From Vicugna vicugna (Eukaryota), in the NCBI GenBank assembly GCA_013265495.1, contig MU058059.1:3325502-3389501 (forward strand): a stretch of DNA of 64,000 nt. The letters run 5' to 3'. Shown one piece after another: positions 61,029 through 64,000 of the stretch. The notes beneath the pieces are model-generated. The model saw nothing but the letters and a program-made list of their open reading frames with translations, had not been told where the DNA came from and searched no databases. Positions within the stretch are counted from its first letter, which is position 1; every line of letters begins with the position of its first letter. Both the position numbers and the translations under genes were made by a program.

Positions 61029-62455
61029 GCCGCGCGGGCCGCAGGCCTGTGCACCTGACTGCGCCCCGGCCAGAGCCCCGCCGTACCTGCTGTAAAGGCG
61101 TCTCCTCCTCCCTCATGGAGGACGCAGGCGTCGGGCTCGGGGCCCCCGGGGAGGACGGGCAGGCGCGGGCGGCCGGCGTGGCACGGAGGCTTCCAGATGC
61201 TGTCCGCTTCTCTGAAGATTTTCTTTGTTAACTTAAAGTAACTATTTTCACCCTTGAGTGGCTTCTTTTTAAACCAAAAATCGTCTTTCTTTGCTTTTTT
61301 ATTAAGGCAGAATGAGGATTTTTCTCTCGTTCAAGGGGGATCCCGGACACGGCAGACAGCGCCCGCCTCTGCGAGGCCCGTGGTCCCCTCCAGGGTCCCC
61401 GCTCACCTGTCACTCCTGCTTGTGCCTTTCACACCTCTCTGGTGCAGATTCTACGCTGGGAGCTGCCTCCCCTTTCCTGAGGGGCCAGAATGGCTCTCAC
61501 TGGGGTTCCCTCCCTGCCCCCCACCAACACCCTCCTTGGGACAGGCCCCCGTCACAGTCCCTGAGCCCGAGTCACCACCGCGGCCTCGTTGGTCAGAGCC
61601 GCCCCGGGGCAGTGGCCACCTCTCTCCGGCTCCTGCGGCCACTGGTCAGCAGACGCTCTCCACGGGCTCGGTGGGATGTGGCCGCCTGGACCGGAGGCTC
61701 TGGCTCTCAGACCTCCCCTCAGAACAGGACGTCATCGTAGGCTGCTCACCTGGGCTAGAATGTAAGTGTCTCTCTGCCTGAATAAGCCATATCGATAGAC
61801 AAACACGCTCTGACCTGAGTCCACACCGTCTCACCAAGCCGCTGCCGGACTCCCAGCTGACCAGACTGAGCAATAGGAAACGGCTTTGCTCGGGGGGCAG
61901 CCGTGTCCCGACCCCCCCCCACCCTGCTTCCCTGGGGCCCTGGGGCGTCTGGGGGGCCGCTCTGTCTGTGTACACGGCTGTGAAGACAGCCCCTCACCCA
62001 GGGTGATGGAGACCCCCCCCCCGGGGCTCTGTGCTCTCCTCCTGGTTTGTATTTATTTTCAGCACCTCTTCTATGCGGTTTTTACCCTCTACCTATTGCA
62101 CTGTTGTGACTTGTTGGCCATTATTTGATTTTTGTACGAAAAAAGCTTTGTTATAGAAATCAGCATACTATTTTTTTAAATCTGGAGAGAAGATATTATG
62201 GTGACTGAAAATATGGTCAGGTGTCAAATGTAAGTGTATAAAGCCTTCCAGCCATCCTGTCGGTCATGTTACATTCATTTCACATTTGCTGGCAATATTG
62301 AAGGTTTCTTTTTTGTGTAAACTCTAATTTCTATCAAGGTGTCATGAATTTTTTAAATTAGTATTTCATTACAGCTGTCTCAGCGTTGGTTAACTAATTT
62401 TTGCCAGGACCCATTGTTGATCAAGCAAATAAATTCAACAGCCATTTGAGGAAAA
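61029..62455 (+). other. RALBP1: RALBP1 3' UTR (approximate end)
   Basis: Follows the stop; GC-rich blocks alternate with AT-rich blocks (61210-61330, 62045-62450); ends after AATAAA. Confidence 0.75.
62428..62433 (+). terminator. RALBP1 polyadenylation signal
   Basis: AATAAA at the end of the AT-rich UTR block, with ttttttgt downstream at ~62468. Confidence 0.8.
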
Positions 62456-63453
62456 AGGGACTGCTCGCTTTTTTGTACATGTCCTTTGAAATGGTGGCAC
62501 ACCCTGTGCCTGGCAAGGACTTGGTTTCACTGCTAGGCCCAGGAGCGACAGCGCCGAGTCCCTCCCTGGGCCCCCTCCTGCCCTGGCCACCGTGTCCGCT
62601 GCCCTCCCCGCGTGAGCCAGTGGGCCTGCTGTGGCAGAAAGGTTGGTTGTGGTCACTTCCCTAGAGCGGACGGCAGGGGTCTCGGGGGTCACCTACCTGA
62701 TGCTGGTCAGGCCAGTCCCGAGTCCCGGTTTAAGACTGCATTCCTCAGGGAGCCGGTGCCGTCCTCAAGTCTGAGTTTGGTGACGTGGGGGCTTTGCAGA
62801 AGCAACTCCGTGTGGGCTCACTGTCATGGTTTTTAATGAGTCTTCCCTTTTGAGCAGACGCTCAGCCTGAGAGACATGCCCGGGATTTAAGGCATCGGAG
62901 CTGCTCCCACCACCGTCTGGGAGTTGGCCCTGAGTCTGTGCTGCGTTCACGGGTCACTGGGGCCACAGTTTTTACGTCGCTCGTTCTTGGTCCTTCTCTG
63001 AGGCTCCAGCCTCAAAGAGGTCGCTTGATGGCTGGTTAGCAGCTGCAAATGTGCTTTTAAAGCTTCTGGAAGGACACCATGCCCAGCAAGACTACCGCTT
63101 CCTACCAGCAGGGTCACTCCCAGGGTCTGTAGTCCCCAAGACCCAAACCAGAGTCAGACAGGTCAAAGACAGACTCTGATGAAGGAGTCACTTTCTTTAG
63201 CCAGTGGCTTGTTCAGTGACCTCAGGAGCTGAGTTCCCACTTTTCCAGGACGTGGGCCAATCCTAGCAGACCCTGTCTGCTCACCTGCAAGGCAGCCACG
63301 GGCTGTCCTCTGATCAGAACAACTTTGGCCACAGAGCCTGGGCTGGTGGCTGCAGCAGATTCTGCAGTGTCTTCACGAGCTGAGGGGTTCCTGGTCACGG
63401 CCGCGTGACACATCCTCCTGGCCCAGAGAAGAGTTGCTGAGAATTAGACTTCT

Positions 63454-63514
63454 GGTGACTCGTTTTGAGTGTGGCTCAGGTGACTCGTTTTGAGTGTGGC
63501 ATCCTCGTTTTGAG
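63454..63514. repeat. Short tandem duplication (25-bp period, ~2.4 copies)
   Basis: ggtgactcgttttgagtgtggc twice (63454, 63479) plus partial ctcgttttgag (63504). Confidence 0.9.
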
Positions 63515-64000
63515 GATGGCCATGGAGGCCAGTAAAACTGCAGGGTCTGCAGACGGGACGGTGGTTTTGTTCTCGTCACCCGTCTGCGTTCCTTTCTTTG
63601 CACAGAACCTGGATGTGGTCGCCCCTAGGTTTGGGGTTGTTGACCAGAGATGGACCCACAGGGCCCTGGACATCGGGGAGAAGGTGGGATGGACAGGAGC
63701 CACAGGACCATCAGCTTCATGGCAAGTCCAGCAGTCATGGGGGTTAGATGACCCACCTGCGTGATGGCCTGAGACAATGACACTGTCCTTCCAGGCCCGA
63801 GCAAGACAAAAGGTGGACAGGAGAATCCAGAAGGCCTTCACGGGGAACGAGGGAAAGGATGGCCGGAGTGGGAGGGAGTGGAAAGAAACATCCTCGGTCC
63901 TGGTCTGACGTCTTGGGAGGACGCAGTCCTGGTCCCCAGCATCTGCACAGGACCAGGCGTCCGGTGGGGCCTCCAGCTCTGAAATACACATGCGAAGGTC

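Noticed and set aside
63454..63514. CRISPR-like repeat
   Set aside because: Only ~2.4 adjacent copies without unique spacers, in a mammalian genome.
63476..63991. 171-aa minus-strand ORF as the end of the neighbouring gene (PPP4R1 in human synteny)
   Set aside because: No similarity that I recognise and no convincing exon structure; that gene probably lies beyond the window.

Overview
Mammalian genomic DNA, probably camelid judging from vic-1-like tRNA-Ala SINEs. It carries two + strand genes. (1) The 3' part of TWSG1: intron 2, three coding exons (8965-9064, 10093-10359, 11884-12065) and a ~2.8 kb 3' UTR. (2) A complete RALBP1/RLIP76 gene: CpG-island promoter and non-coding exon 1 at ~24.1-24.3 kb, a 631-bp N gap, nine coding exons from 44463 to 61028 giving 625 aa, and a poly(A) signal at 62428. 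The rest is intronic or intergenic and rich in L1, L2, MIR, LTR, hAT and SINE remnants. I found no evidence of a new gene family or novel multi-gene system. The most notable signals are: patchy AT->GC remodelling affecting both RALBP1 coding sequence and nearby repeats (gBGC-like); in-frame deletions in RALBP1; a composite L1 insertion with 5' inversion, apparent 3' transduction and a perfect TSD; a perfect 20-bp hairpin that looks like a templated insertion; exon starts that regenerate splice donors; and two strong-context uORFs in the RALBP1 leader. Comparisons with human are from memory and need alignment. Repeat family names and boundaries are approximate.
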